Part shown: positions 1 to 13,050 of the stretch, piece after piece | How the letters are laid out: each line of letters starts with the position of its first letter | Position numbering within the stretch: position 1 is the stretch's first letter | From: Marsupella aquatica | Taxonomy: Eukaryota; Plantae; Marchantiophyta | Length of the DNA: 64,000 nucleotides | Assembly (NCBI GenBank): GCA_973895155.1 | Contig: OZ316897.1 | Location: 9,819,832-9,883,831, forward strand | Reading direction: 5' to 3' | Position numbers and translations under genes: made by a program | The notes under the pieces: generated by a model | What the model was told of the DNA's origin: nothing | Seen by the model: only the letters and a program-made list of their open reading frames with translations | Database searches by the model: none

Positions 1-215
1 CCAGCCTTGCTCTTGTAAAAATGAATACTCTACAGTAAACTTTCTCAAGCATATCCTGGACGAACCCCAAACCTTGCATTTGTAAAAATGTATACTGTGG
101 ACTGAATTCTCTCTAAGTGCACACTCTCGAGAAGAACCCCCAACCATGCACTCATACTACTGTGAACTCTTGCTAAGTGTACACTCCTCGGAACAAACCC
201 CACCCTTGCAACTAT
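1..215. repeat. Degenerate tandem repeat, ~60-70 bp units
   Basis: Recurring blocks such as aacccc(c/a)aaccttgca, tgtaaaaatg and ctaagtg(c/t)acactc. Confidence 0.45.
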
Positions 216-769
216 AAGTGGTATGCAGTAAGTTATAAGTGAGAGATTTAAGGCCTTGCACTTATCATGCAAAAAGATCTAAGATCTTACACTTTCAATA
301 GCAACTGTACATAACCCTAAACCAAACCCTAGCATTACTCCACAAGTGCAACAATATACATTATTTTAAAAAAATTCTCAAACACTTATCAATAAGATGG
401 CAGGTAAGGTTAAATGGCAGTATATGTTTGTATTGATGTGTCTAGTATTGTGTTAGAGTGACTACCTGGAAATACTTAGAGAGACTGCTAAAAGGAAAAA
501 GAGGAAAAAGACCAACCAGCTTGGAGTATCCTAGATTTTTCAAATTAGTTCAAGGACCCCTTGGTTATGCAAGCTTGTTTTATTGGACCATTTGGAGCCA
601 TGAAGAGTTGCACATTGGAATAGATCAATGAGAGGACAAAGATTAAATGAAATATTCTAAATGAAGTGAATTTTAAAGACAACTTCACTAAAGACAAATA
701 AGAGTACATTCATGGTTTACCCTAACCCCTAAATTCTCCATGCAAAATGTTTCCCTTAGTACCTCTATG

Positions 770-1113
770 TGTTGAGCATAGACGACATTTGTAACGGCAA
801 GCCCATGAACCATCCAACGCACAAGAGTAGACATAGAGAGATACGTGGTTCACCTCCACATGAGGCTACGTCCACGGGAACACACAAGAGCTTTACTGCA
901 CGCTAGGCCGACCGGCCATACCAAGCATCCACAGCACAAACTCTCCCTATCTCTCAGCTAGCTCCGTAACAATGAGCCTAAGTTCCATCAGGGTCTGGCA
1001 TCAGCCCTGGCTATATACACAATAGCACTACCGCTAACATTAGCTAAGTCCTAACCTGAGTTAGCCTAACTGTAGTTAGCTAATGAGTCACAAGACTAGA
1101 GCAATATCTAACA
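770..1113 (-). repeat. Copia 3' LTR
   Basis: TGTTGAGC...TCTAACA; about 21 substitutions versus the other LTR by manual count. Confidence 0.96.
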
Positions 1114-1124
1114 AACTCCCCCTT
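1114..1124 (-). promoter_or_regulatory. Copia polypurine tract
   Basis: Minus strand reads AAGGGGGAGTT directly before the 3' LTR. Confidence 0.85.
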
Positions 1125-1309
1125 AACTCTTGTCTTGGGGACTGGACTAAATGCTACCATATGGAATTTTCAGCGGGAAATTCTAGACAATAACCAAACC
1201 AGGTCTCCCCCTAAAAACCACAAGGGTTAACTAGAACTAAGTTGTAGCCAAACTAGAATGAGTAATCCATATACAAATAGTCACACTTTGCTAAATAACT
1301 CTACTTGCA

Positions 1310-4300
1310 CTACAACTGCAAAACCTGCAAAGTAGCACGATGTCTTGAGAAACTCTCCAAAGGAATCACTTTGGTAAAGGCATCAATGGGATTGAGCTTT
1401 CCATCAATCTTGACTAGCTCAAAAGTTTTATCAGACACTGCTTGCCTGATAAAATGGTACCTGATATCAATGTGCTTCACCCTACTATCCATCACCTGGT
1501 TAGCAGCCAAGTGAAGAGCACTCTGACTATCATAGTTTAGAGTCATTTTGCCATGCTCTAAACCCATCTTCGCGATCAACTTCTCCAACCAAATTGTTTT
1601 CTTTGCTACTTATGCTGCTGCAACATACTCTGCTTCTGTAGTAGACTGAGATATGCACTTTTGCAAGGTAGATTTTCAACTGATACATCCTCCTCCAAGA
1701 GTGTATACAAACCCAGTTGTAGACCTCCTTGTATTCAGACAGCCTCCATAGTCAAAATCTACATAGTCAACTAACGTTCTATCTGATCTGACATCAAATA
1801 GTAATCCATAGTCCTGTATTCCCTTCAAATACATGAGAATCCACTTCACAGCTTCCCAATGTACCTTCCCTAGATTTGACATGAATCTGCTAACCTTGCC
1901 CATTGCTAGGGCCAAGTCAGGCCTAGTACAAGTCATCAAATACATCAGACTGCCTACTGCCTTCTCATAAGGAATCTTAGCCATCAGATCTTTCTCCACA
2001 GCATCCATAGGAGAGAAAGTCGATGATAACTTGAAATGTGAAGCTAAAGGAATACTCACTGGCTTACAGTTCTCCATGTTGAATCGTGCAAGTACTTTCC
2101 TCGCATACTGGCCTTGACTCAAGCACAATTGTCTAGTATCAAAGTTCCTAAAAATCTTCATCCATAAGATCTTCTTGGCCTTACTAAGATCCTTCATCCT
2201 GAATTCAGTACTCAATTTTGCCTTGAGACTGTCAACCTCAGATTGATCTTTAGCCACAATCTCGGGGGTCTCACTACATGGGGACCTCCCCATCACCTGC
2301 GACGTTCTTAGGCCTTGGACACCCTAAAATGCAAGATTTTTTTCAACCCCTATAAAGTTAGAATATTCTTCGAATATTCCAAAAATTGGATTAAAAAGGC
2401 CCTAATGTTCTTATAAGTCTCAAAATTGAATTTAAAAGACCCTATTGTTCTTCTACAAAAATTATTAAGTCTTCCTTTACAACCAATAAAATGACCCTAT
2501 CCTTCGTCGCACGTGATATGCCATTTTTGTGGAAGTGAAACCCCCGAGGCCACAATCAGCATGTCATCCACATAGATCACCAGAATGATGAAACCAAATA
2601 CATCATTCTTGACTGATTTTGTATACACACAAGGATCATACACCATCCTGGCTTGTAAAACCTTGAGCAAGCATGAAATCATCAAACCGCTTGTTCCACT
2701 GTCTGGGAGATTGCTTCAATCCATACAAGGACTTGAGCAATCTGCAAACTAAGTTCTCTTGGCCCTTCTTCATAAAGTCTAGTGGCTGTCTCATGAAGAT
2801 CAACTCTTCCAAGTTGCCATAGAGAAAAGCAGTAACAACATCCATCTGATCCATCACCAGACCAAAAAATACAACAAGCTGACACAATATCCGAATTGTG
2901 GAATACTTAGCCACCGGTGAAAAAACCTCATTATAATCCACTTCTTTCTCCTAAGTGAATCCCTTGGCAACAAGCCTTGTCTTGTAGATCTTATCTCCAC
3001 CCTCTAAAGGACTGTCCTTCAACTTGTAAATCCACTTGCTAACCTCTTGGAAGCTCCACCAGCTCCCATGTCTTGTTGTCACTCAAAGATTGCAACTCCC
3101 TTTACATTGTTGCATTTCACTCATGCTTCTGCTCTGAAGCACAAGCCTTACTATACGAAGAAGACTCTCCTTCTTCCAAGATCAAAGTCATGTCATCTTC
3201 ATCAGGTGCAATGTCACTATCATCTAGCTTACATGAGTCTGCCCATTGACCATACCTAGTAGGAGCTCTAGTAGAACAACTAAAAGTTCTTCTAGTAGAT
3301 GACTCAGGCTGATCTGCTGCTGCTGCTGGCTGATTATGAGGTACCCCAGCAACAATTTGCTCCTCTTGTTCCATCACAGAAACCAGCTCCAAGCCCGGAG
3401 CTTCTCCATCCCTCCTGTCATGAACAACATCATGACTAATCTCCCCCTCAACCCGGTCCGGAATGGGAGATTTCCCCTTGTCAATATGGGAGTCTTGAGA
3501 ACTCTCCCCCTCCTTTGATTATCTGGATTTATTAAATAATACATCTCTACTGATAATTAGTTTACAGGTTACTGGATCCCATAACCTATAACCCTTCACA
3601 CCTTTCTGATAGCCAAGGAAAATGCACTTCTTCGACTTGGACTCCAGCTTGGATCGAAGCTGGGAAGGTGTAAGCACATAAGCATCACATCCAAAAATCC
3701 TCAGATGTGAGTAATCTGCTGGACGCCCATACCTCATTTCAAATAGTATCTTGAATCCAATAGAACTGGATGGAGAAGAATTTACCAAATAAGCTGTAGT
3801 GTTGACAGCTTCAGCCCAAAACTCATGTGGTAAGCATGATTGACTCAACATACTCTTCGAGCGGTCCAATAGTGTTCGGTTGAGTCTGTCATAAATACCA
3901 TTCTGCTGAGGAGTATAACTTGTTATGAGATGGCGGGTAATCCCCTGCTCCTTACAATACGTTTCAAATTCCCCGGAACTGTATTCACCTTCGTTATCCG
4001 ATCGAAGATATCTCACCTTATTACTAGTCTGATTCTCAACTTGGGCTTTCCACTCCTTAAAAGTGGCAAAAACATCATACTTATTGTGTAGAAAGTATAT
4101 CCACACATACCTTGAGTAATCGTCTATGAACGTGACATAGTATAACCGTCCAGAATATGAGGGAGTAAGGCTGGACCCCACACATCACTATGTACATACT
4201 CAAGTATCTCCTTGCTGGTGTGAGTTCCAACTCCAAAGGGTTTCATGTGCTGCTTCCCTAGCACATAGTGCTCATAGAATTCCAACTTACAAGATTGCAA

Positions 4301-5868
4301 ATTAGAAAGTAATCTTTTCTTCTGAAGAATAACCAAACCTTTTTCACTTATGTGGCCCAAATGGAAGTGCTACAGCCGGGCCGTCTCCTCATGAGATAAG
4401 GTTATATTGGCTTCATCACAAACTACACTGCCCTCCAAAACGTATAGATTGTTATATCTCTTTCCCTTCAATACAACTTTAGTACCAGTTGAAACCTGAA
4501 GGACACCATTAGCAGAACTCCACTGATGGCCATTTGCCTCTAAAATTTCAAGTGAAATGAGATTTTTCATCATGTTGGGAATATGTCTCACATTCCTTAA
4601 CGTTCTTACAGCACCATCAAACATCTGAAATCTTACAGATCCAAGTCCAACAACTTGACATTTGATTTCATTTCCCATCAACACTGACCCATTGGAAATC
4701 GTGTAAGAACTGAAAAAATCTCTCCTAGAGCAAATGTGAAAAGTACATGCACTATCTAGAATCCAGTCATCACTACCTGGATTTGACACTACGTTGAGAG
4801 CATAATCTTGGCATCACAATATGTCATCATCATCGAGTAAATCTACCTCATGCGAGCTTGATGCCACGTTAGCAGATGCAGTAGGGACCTTTACTCGACA
4901 ATCCCTTTAAATGTGGTCTGACTTGCCACAATTCCAACATGCAAGAGGCTTCCTCTCTTGCAATTTCCCTCTAGATTTAGATCTCCCCATGATGTAGATC
5001 TAAACCTGTTTTGCCCATTCGTGCGCTGCGCTGCTCTTCCCCTGTTCACATATAGCGCAATGCCAGAAGAAGATGCTGCCTGTGATTGACCCAGCTTCTT
5101 CTGAGCATCATCAGACAGTAAAGAGCTCACCACCTCATTATACAAAATGGACTTCAGATCTATGTACAAGAGCACCTATTTCAAGCCCTAATATGACGGC
5201 GATAAGGAGCTTAGCAGAAGCAAGGCCTTATCCTCATCTTCAACTCCTTTTCCCAGGTTTGACAGATCCACCGCTAGACTGTCAAACTCATCCAGGTGAT
5301 CCTACATCTTGCTCCCTTCCTTGAGCCTGAGGCTCATCAAGAGAGACTTCTTGTACAGCCGGTCTGACACATCTTTCGGATAGTACTTCTCTCTAAGAGC
5401 CTTGAACAGTGACGCGCAATCCGCATAATCATCCAGCTGCTTGATGATGCGCGGCTTGAGATATAGCATCACTGCATTGATAGCAATCACCTGCTCCTAT
5501 CTCTACTGTCTCATAGAAATCTTCTCTTCTCCATCATACTGCTCTCGCAAAGAGAGCAGATGAGCTAAGCCCATGGCCCGAAGGACACCCTTCACTTGCT
5601 TCTCTCACAGCAAGTAATCAGTATGACCATCGTACTTTTCCACCTCAAACTTCACTCCTCCAAATCTAGCCATCTCCCTTTTCTTTCCAACTACCGACAG
5701 CTCTGGTAGTAATACAGCTTTCTCCATTGCATACCGCACCGGTGATCGTACCGGTGTTACAAGTTCCTCCTCAAATGGTAGCAGCTCCTCCTCAGACTCT
5801 CTGTCTGACCGTGGCAATCCTGAAGCTCCACCGACGCCAATTCTTCCAGTATCCTCCAAGTCACTCAT
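1310..5868 (-). pseudogene. Copia gag-pol, broken by stops, frameshifts and a MITE
   Basis: Fragments: gag (KFEVEKYDG), protease (WILDSAC), GAG-pre-integrase/integrase (HSDVWGP, FIDDYSR, LRSDN, WAEAVNT, CIFLGY), RT (QMDVVTAFL, LYGLKQSPRQW, YVDDML), RNase H (RRSTTG, KHIDIRYHFIR). Confidence 0.95.
2261..2548. mobile_element. MITE with 8-bp TSD (hAT-like), copy 1, inserted in the copia RT
   Basis: 15-bp TIR CTCGGGGGT(C/T)TCACT (14/15 match); perfect TSD GCCACAAT at 2253-2260 and 2549-2556; splits RT just after YVDDMLIV. Confidence 0.92.
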
Positions 5869-7474
5869 ATGAAATAATCACAAAAAAATGTATTTTTTCA
5901 AAACTTCTCATAAAACTCAAAACTCAACACCGCCACGTAGCCCACAAAGCTAGGAGTCCAATACTGAAAGCCGAAATCAAAATCAAAATTCAACGGAAAA
6001 ATTATTCAAATTTCGGTCGGGGTGGGTAAAACCTTGGGAAACTCCCCCGTTTTGACCACCTTGGAGAATAACCAAAATACCAAGTGTAACCCGTGTCGGA
6101 TTTGCAATGTGATCGGTGCACCGTGTTGCCAACTTCAATGGCTACGTCATCGCCAAAAAAGAACCAAAAAAGTTACCGTTTGGCGGACAAAATCTTTGTC
6201 GGACGGCCGAAAATAGCTCTCTATTTTTTGGGAATATTCCCGCATAGTCTGACAGGGCTCACAGGGGGCCGTTCCCCCTGTCCAAGCGGTTAAAACGGAG
6301 GGCGGCAGGTCCCGACACAAGGGACAACCAATTAAGGGGGAAAAAGGTAAAAATTGGGCCTTAAAGGGGGTGTTTAAGCCCCTTACTAAGAAATACAGGC
6401 TAGGCACCGTCAAGGGTCAAGGAGGGGGAAATACAGGGGAAATACGCAGGCAGGGTGCGAGCCGGTAGGAAGGGCGCGGGGGTTTGCGAGGGCAGGACCG
6501 ATTAAAGGGAGGGGGGCTGGCGCCGACAGGGCACGAGCCGGAAGGAGGGCGTAGGGGTTAAGGTCGGCCCGCAGCCAAAAAGGCTCGCCAAGAGCCAAGG
6601 GGCGCGCGGGGGTAAAGGGCAGGGCCGGTTGCAGGCGTCCGGTCGCGCTTAGTGCCACTAGTGTAATAACGGGAGTGCGGGGGGGAAGGGCAAATACACG
6701 AGGGAGGGGGGAGTATCGGGAGGGCAGGGTGTGTGTATACACACACCAAACCCAAAAAGACCCCCTTAATGGCAAAAAACTCCCCCGGGGAAAAGGTGAA
6801 TGTTTAACTCACCTAAAAACCGCGGTTTCTCATGAGTAAAGTGATCGCCGCCGACGGGAAAAGTTATCGCATTGCACCGGCACAGTCTGCAACTCCAGTA
6901 GTGTAAACAATTTCCGCCGCGTCGTCTTCACTCCGCATCAAGTGCCAATCCCGGGCTCAAAACGACCGCCTCGCCGCGATCAATCCGTTGAGCCGTAGCA
7001 AATTGTGTTTCTTCCACCGAGTTGGATGTCACAAAGAGAAACCCGGTTCAGATGGGAACAAGCTCCATAGCTTGTGGAAAAACCTGAACGCCTCCTTCAC
7101 TCGTCACGTCACACTTAGTAACAACTCGGCAGCAATTCAGCTACCAAAATGAGCAGCTTGCTTGAAGCTTCAACTTGAGCTATAATGTGCGATCTCTCCC
7201 GCACCGCACAGCTGACACCGTTGAAAAACGCAAACTCTGGTCTCTCCCCCAAAAACCGGTTGAACACGAATAAAACCTGAACGACGCAAGCTTCAAAATG
7301 TCCGCACCACAGATACCGATCAGCAAGTTCTAACCACTATTAGAAAGCCCTCTCACCAAGGTATCCACACAGCCACACACATTCAAGTTTCATGCGACAA
7401 AACTCCGAATGTACCATCGACAATGAACGCTAGAAAAAACCTGTCATGAAAAAACCTTGTCACCTCCTAGGCAT

Positions 7475-7486
7475 GCTCTGATACCA
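7475..7486 (-). promoter_or_regulatory. Copia primer-binding site (tRNA-iMet)
   Basis: Minus strand TGGTATCAGAGC, 2 nt inside the 5' LTR boundary. Confidence 0.93.
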
Positions 7487-7488
7487 CT

Positions 7489-7832
7489 TGTTGAGCATAG
7501 ACGACATCCGTAACGGCAAGCCCATGAACCATCCAACGCACAAGAGTTGACACAAAGAGATACGTGGTTCACCTCCACATGAGGCTACGTCTACTGGAAC
7601 ACATAAGAGCTTTACTGCACGCTAGGCCGATCGGCCATACCAAGCATCCACAGCACAAGTTCTCCCTATCTCTCAACTAGCTCCGTAACAATGAGCCTAA
7701 GTTCTACCAGGGTCTGGCATCAGCCTCGGCTATATACACAACAGCACTACCGCTAACATTAGCTAAGTCCTAACCCAAGTTAGTCTAACTGTAGTTAGCT
7801 CATGAGTCACAAGACTAGAGCAATATCTAACA
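7489..7832 (-). repeat. Copia 5' LTR
   Basis: Direct repeat of 770-1113, adjacent to the PBS. Confidence 0.96.
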
Positions 7833-8351
7833 CTATGGCTATATAATACATGTAACATTCCATATAGTTCATGGAAAATTTTATTTTGTGCATACTTAGT
7901 AGTTGAAAGGTCTTAGAGTCCCTTGGTATTCCTCTACCCATAGTAGTTATGATGTTTCTTATCTTTGCTTGCTACTCCTCTATCCATCGTAGCGAAAGGG
8001 TTTCTTAAGTTACTTTGGTAAATGTTAGAGAAGTTTTTCTTGGGTTTATGATGTAACCTTGGTAAATGTTAGAGCTAGTATTAATTTGAAGAGTTTTTTC
8101 TACTTGTCATTATCTAAAATATGTGGAAATTAAATAGAAAATTGAAACAAAGTACCAGAAAACATTGATATATCTATCAATCACAACTCATCCAAAGATT
8201 TTTTTCACCCCTATTTTACCATTTTCTTTGTTTACTTGAAATGTTATTTTTCAGTTTCCAATGTTTTTATAGTTGCAAGGTCTAATTGATTTTCTTTGCC
8301 TCACGAATAGTCAAATTTGGTTCTTTTTGCGTAACTTACGGTTCTTGTTTG

Positions 8352-8704
8352 TGTCATGCCGAGGGACAGTGCCTCTTGTGCACATCGGCATGTCCCTTGC
8401 ATGCCCGCTAGTATATAGTTAGGGCTAGTGTACTACTTGAGTTAGTGTCATGTTCTTGTAGCGAGTCTGGGCCGTTCTTGAAGCAAAGGTGTTTGTTAGT
8501 GTGACGCCTGGACCCGGTCCTACTTAGGGCATGTGTTTCTTTGCCATTTTTCAGTTCTTCTTGAATCGCTGTGAGACAGAGTTTTTCAGAGGCTGCTCGT
8601 CGGTTCCGTACACGGAATTCACACAGTGATTCGTTAGATGCTCCCGACCGATCTTGTCATCTCGCCGGTTTTCGATTCGATTTCAGTACGTTTGTTTCTA
8701 TCAC
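8352..8704 (+). repeat. Split repeat A1 (353 bp)
   Basis: Matches 16595-16945 with about 8 substitutions and one 2-bp indel. Confidence 0.95.
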
Positions 8705-9285
8705 GCCTTTTATTCAAGAAGAACTGCCGAGTTAGCGGTGATGGGAAGAAGATTGCTCGTGGCAGTTTCGACAATTCTAGGGAAGCCATTGCAATTTCTT
8801 CGACGGACATCGGAGTGACGAGTTAAAAGTTATGGGTTTATGTTGTTATGTGTATACTTAAGTGTATACACATATCAATGCTCCCGAGGAGGTCCGGGGT
8901 TCATTTTCTGGTTGCATCCGCTACCCCTTTGCTCCTTCTTATTGTCACTGCCGCTGGCTGCCTCGATTGCTTTTGGGGTCATTTTTGCATTCCCGGCCAC
9001 GACCGCCGGTGAGCATGCAGCATGTCAGTAGAGGAGCCAAGTCATAGCAGCTCATCACCACCGACACCCAGGTACCACTTGCGGAGTGATCCACAACCGT
9101 TGGTGCCAATTTCATTGGAGTCTCGACAATTTTGACGACGTCAGCAGACAGCAGCAGCACCCACACCACGCAATCCTTCTGCTACATTTGGCGGTCGCTT
9201 CACCACTACCCCGAAGCCTGCTATCGCTTCTCTGCCCTTTACTCCTTTTGCATCAGTGATTGTTCCAGCTTCACCAACATACAGC

Positions 9286-10872
9286 ATGGATGCCAGTCAC
9301 TCATTTGGCCGCATTGAGCGCTTCAGTGGGCGGCCAGGCACTGTTTCTTTGCGTGAGTTCAAATCCACTTTCTACACTATCGTTTACGAATTGGAGTTGA
9401 AGTATGGCAGCAACTTCACAAATGCTTTTGCATTTAAGCAGCTAGCCAGGTATGTGCACCACGAGGCTTTGGATGTGTATGAGTAGCATTCTCAATGGCT
9501 GCTTGTTGTCACACAATTGCCTAACCCTGCCTATGCCACTGCAATTGCGGCTGCCTCACAACTGGCATTACAGAATGCCATTGCAGCCCATGCTGCTACT
9601 CCTGCCACTTCCCCTCCTACTCCAATTCCCACCACTGCACCAGTTACTCCCACTATCTTGGCACAGGCTACATCAGGCATTTCTCCCACCATTGATTCCC
9701 CTGCCTTTGCTGATCCAGTGGCTGAGTTTTTCCAGGTTCTTGAATTGGAATTCCCAATCAAGAGTGCTGACAAAATCATGCAGTTGGCCACCTTTGTGAG
9801 GCAACGCGATGAAACATTGAAGATGCTGTATCGCCGGCTTCTCAAGCTGAAGGAAGACACCCAGAGCATCACTGACCTGGAAGCTGCTCATCGCTATCTT
9901 CGCGTATTGGAGGGCACACCAGCTCTCCATTCGCAAGTGTTGCAGCAAGTATTCTCAGATTTTGGAGACAACTACACCCTGCTCAATGTCTATGACACTG
10001 CTGAGAAACTTGAGTTGGCCCATGCATATTATGAGGCCAGTATTGCGCATCCACCGCGATCCAGGTACCAGGCTGCTGCCCCTACACTGACCACCCCTTC
10101 TCGTGTGCCACAGTATGGTTCCAAGACCAAGCCAGCACATGCTGCTTTCATGCTGCCATCTTGCAACTACTGTGGTAACCCCAATCACAAGGCTAATGAA
10201 TATGATATTGTTGCTGAGGACCTGTCTTGTGATTTTTGCAGAAAAGTGGGCCACTTGGTGGCAGTTTGTTTTGCCAAATTCCCAGAGAGGAAGCAGCTAC
10301 GACAGCAGAGCCTTCATCCTACTCCTGCTTCCACTCCCCCACCAGCTAGGAGGGCTCCTACTGCATCAATTGCTCCTCCTTCCAGTGGCAAAGCATCCAG
10401 TGCTAACAAATTGCCCAAGCAGCAACAGAAGCAACCAGCTCAGAAGGAGGCTCACAACGCACAGGCAACTCAACTCCAGTCTCTGACTCATGAGGTTGAG
10501 TCCTTACGTGCCCAACTTGCCAACATCAAAGGCAAGTCCACTGCCTCTGCTAGTCCTTCTCAACCGACTGGTCACGTGCAACCCATCCCTGGCCCAGGCA
10601 CCACTGACAGTTTAGCACCTCTACCCTGCTCTTTCTATGGCTTGCCATTTGATGATGCTCATATGGGTGAGTGTGTGCTGTCCTCTGCTACACAGCCTGG
10701 CCTTACAACAGAATTTTCAGATTCATTCTGCCCTTCCTATTTTGCTTACCAGCAGGCCAGTGCTGCCTCCCGTATTGCTCCCACACGCCGCATTGTACAG
10801 GCTAATGGTCTTGCTGCTGGTCCTATGACTAGAGCCAGGGGAGCTCGGGCTGTCATGCCCCAATCTTTTTAG
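9286..10872 (+). pseudogene. gag of the gypsy-type element
   Basis: ORFs 9256-9486 and 9517-10872 are in the same frame, separated by one TAG; two zinc knuckles, CNYCGNPNHKANEY (degenerate) and CDFCRKVGHLVAVC. Confidence 0.85.
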
Positions 10873-12125
10873 CCACTCACACTTGCTGAAGAGCGCACCT
10901 TGTTGGCGAGGGGGGAGCAAGCTGTAGCTTCCACCACCAGGTGCTGCTGACATTTCACAGGGAGTTGTTTTTCCTGAGCTGCTTGAGCATTTCACCTCCG
11001 GTATGGCACAAAGGATTCTTACCACTCCACTTTTCAGTTGCCATGATTTACAGCTGGATGCTAGAGCTGTCATCACAGCTAGAGGGCTCACTACATTCTT
11101 CATCAGCCCCTGTGACACCGGTTTTGGAGGTCCAATCTCATGTATATACTGGACCTTCTTCTTCTCCATTGCATGCTTCCACTGGTTTGGCTATCCCAGT
11201 ACCGATTTCCAGTGCTAGAGATGACAGTATTGCTGCAGATTGTGTGACCAGAGTTACACTTGATTCTGGTCATGCTGCTTCATCGTTCCTGGCTATGCTG
11301 TTGAGTGGGAAGACCGTGGACACTAACTCCCTTCACAAGGTACCTCATCATTTGCCAAAAGTGGTGCCTAGTGACAGGACTTTAGTTTCCACCACCATTG
11401 CCATTGTTGACAACAGGAATTCAGCAGTCAAGTTGGAGGGTCACACTCCTCAGGTGGTCATGCTAGACACAGGCGCTCAACCAGTAATCTTGGGCATTCA
11501 GTTTGCCAAGAAGATGGGACTGCTGACTGATCATTTACAGCAATCCAGGTGGCACATTCGGACTGCTAGTGGCACTGTGGAGGATGTGTTGGGTGAGAGT
11601 TCTACTTTACTCACTCTCACTTTTAATGGAGGTACAGATCAGGAACTGCATTTCCCAGTCAGATGTTTGGTTACCAATGCCACTACGTATGATGTGCTCA
11701 TTGGCCAGGAGGCTTTGTTCCCACCAGGTTTTACCATTGACAACTGGCATGAGCATGCATACTACAGAGTTGATTGGCATACGGATGGCTCACACTTGGG
11801 ATACATTCCACTTGATTTGCATGGTGCCCATACCCCTATGGCTCACCACTGTGTGTTGAAAGCAGTGCACACAGCTACCTATGTCAACCACCCATTGCAG
11901 GATTGGATTGAGGAGGATGATGATGAGGTGGCTATTGCACATGCTGCTGCACATATAGCAGCACTTTCCAGCAACGTGGATCATCAACCAGAGGTGGTAC
12001 AACGGCTCCAAGCAGCCCATGGACCTTTGGTGGCTGCATTGCACAAATTTGAGGACCTTGGGCAGCATAATGGACAACCAATAGCCCCAATCTTGAGCGC
12101 ACCAGTTACATGGACTCCTCCTTCA

Positions 12126-13050
12126 GATGGCCTTACATTGCTTGAGCTTTTTGGTGGCATTTCTACAGGCCTGGAAGCTCTTCTAAAGTCTGGCATGGTG
12201 GTGAAGCAGTACATCTATGTGGATATTGATCCAAGTGCAAGGCAAGTGGCTGAATCCCGTCTGCTGGAATTTTCAGAGCGATTTCCCCAGCAGTTTCCAC
12301 ATAGTGCATGGAAGTCTGCATTTTCTTTCTTCCCTCCAGATATCCAGCTTGTCCAGCACCGACACTTAACCCTTCTTGGCTTCCTTGATTTGATCATAGC
12401 TGGTTGGGAATGCCAAGGGTTTTCAGCTGCTGGTCACGGTGCTGGACTGCATGATTCTTGTTCTGGCCTTTTCACAGCATTGGTTCAGATTCTCACTTGG
12501 CCTCAATCCCTTTATCCTGCTGTTGGTTATATCATTGAGAATACTCCATCTCAGTTTGACCAGCGTCCACAGGTCAAAGAGGATTTCAGTGTGGTCCAGC
12601 ACTACTTGGGACCACCCCTTCTCATTGATGCAGTGCACTGTGGTTCTTATGCACATTGTCTTCGTAACTTTTGGACTAACCTTGCACCACCTTCCTTGCT
12701 GGAGATGGCTCTTCACCACACATCCAGGGACACTAACCTTACAGTGGACCAGATTTTGGATCCTGACAGTTCTTGCCAACTAGTTACACGGCAAGAGCCA
12801 GCCAATACCAAGGTGCTAGCTTGGCCTACATTTGTGTTCTTTCCAGGTGCACATGCTTTTCAGGGTGATGGTCCTGGCCTGGTTTATCGACATTCTACCG
12901 GTACATGGGATGAACCTAGTCCTGAGGAGAGAGAACGGGCTATGGGCTTCCAACCCGGTACTACAGGTCACACCAAAATCACCAAGCTGGCCAGGAATGC
13001 TTTACTTGGCAAGGTAATGGATCTCAATGCTCTCACTTGGCTTCTGGTCA
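12126..13050 (+). CDS. C5-cytosine DNA methyltransferase domain (DNMT3-like) inside pol
   Basis: Motifs in canonical order: I LELFGGIS, II YVDID, IV DLIIAGWECQGFS (Cys codon 12411), VI IIENT, VIII AH(C)LRNFWTNL, IX EERERAMGF, X RNALLGK. Confidence 0.92.

Larger units (their letters stand above)
770..7832 (-). mobile_element. Full-length, decayed Ty1/copia LTR retrotransposon
   Basis: Two 344-bp TG...CA LTRs (770-1113, 7489-7832); 5-bp TSD CTATG at 765-769 and 7833-7837; tRNA-iMet PBS and PPT; gag-PR-INT-RT-RH order on the minus strand. Confidence 0.97.

Noticed and set aside
12126-13050. Host DNMT gene or bacterial contamination
   Set aside because: The domain is intronless, in frame within pol, and inside a TSD-bounded element surrounded by intron-containing plant genes.
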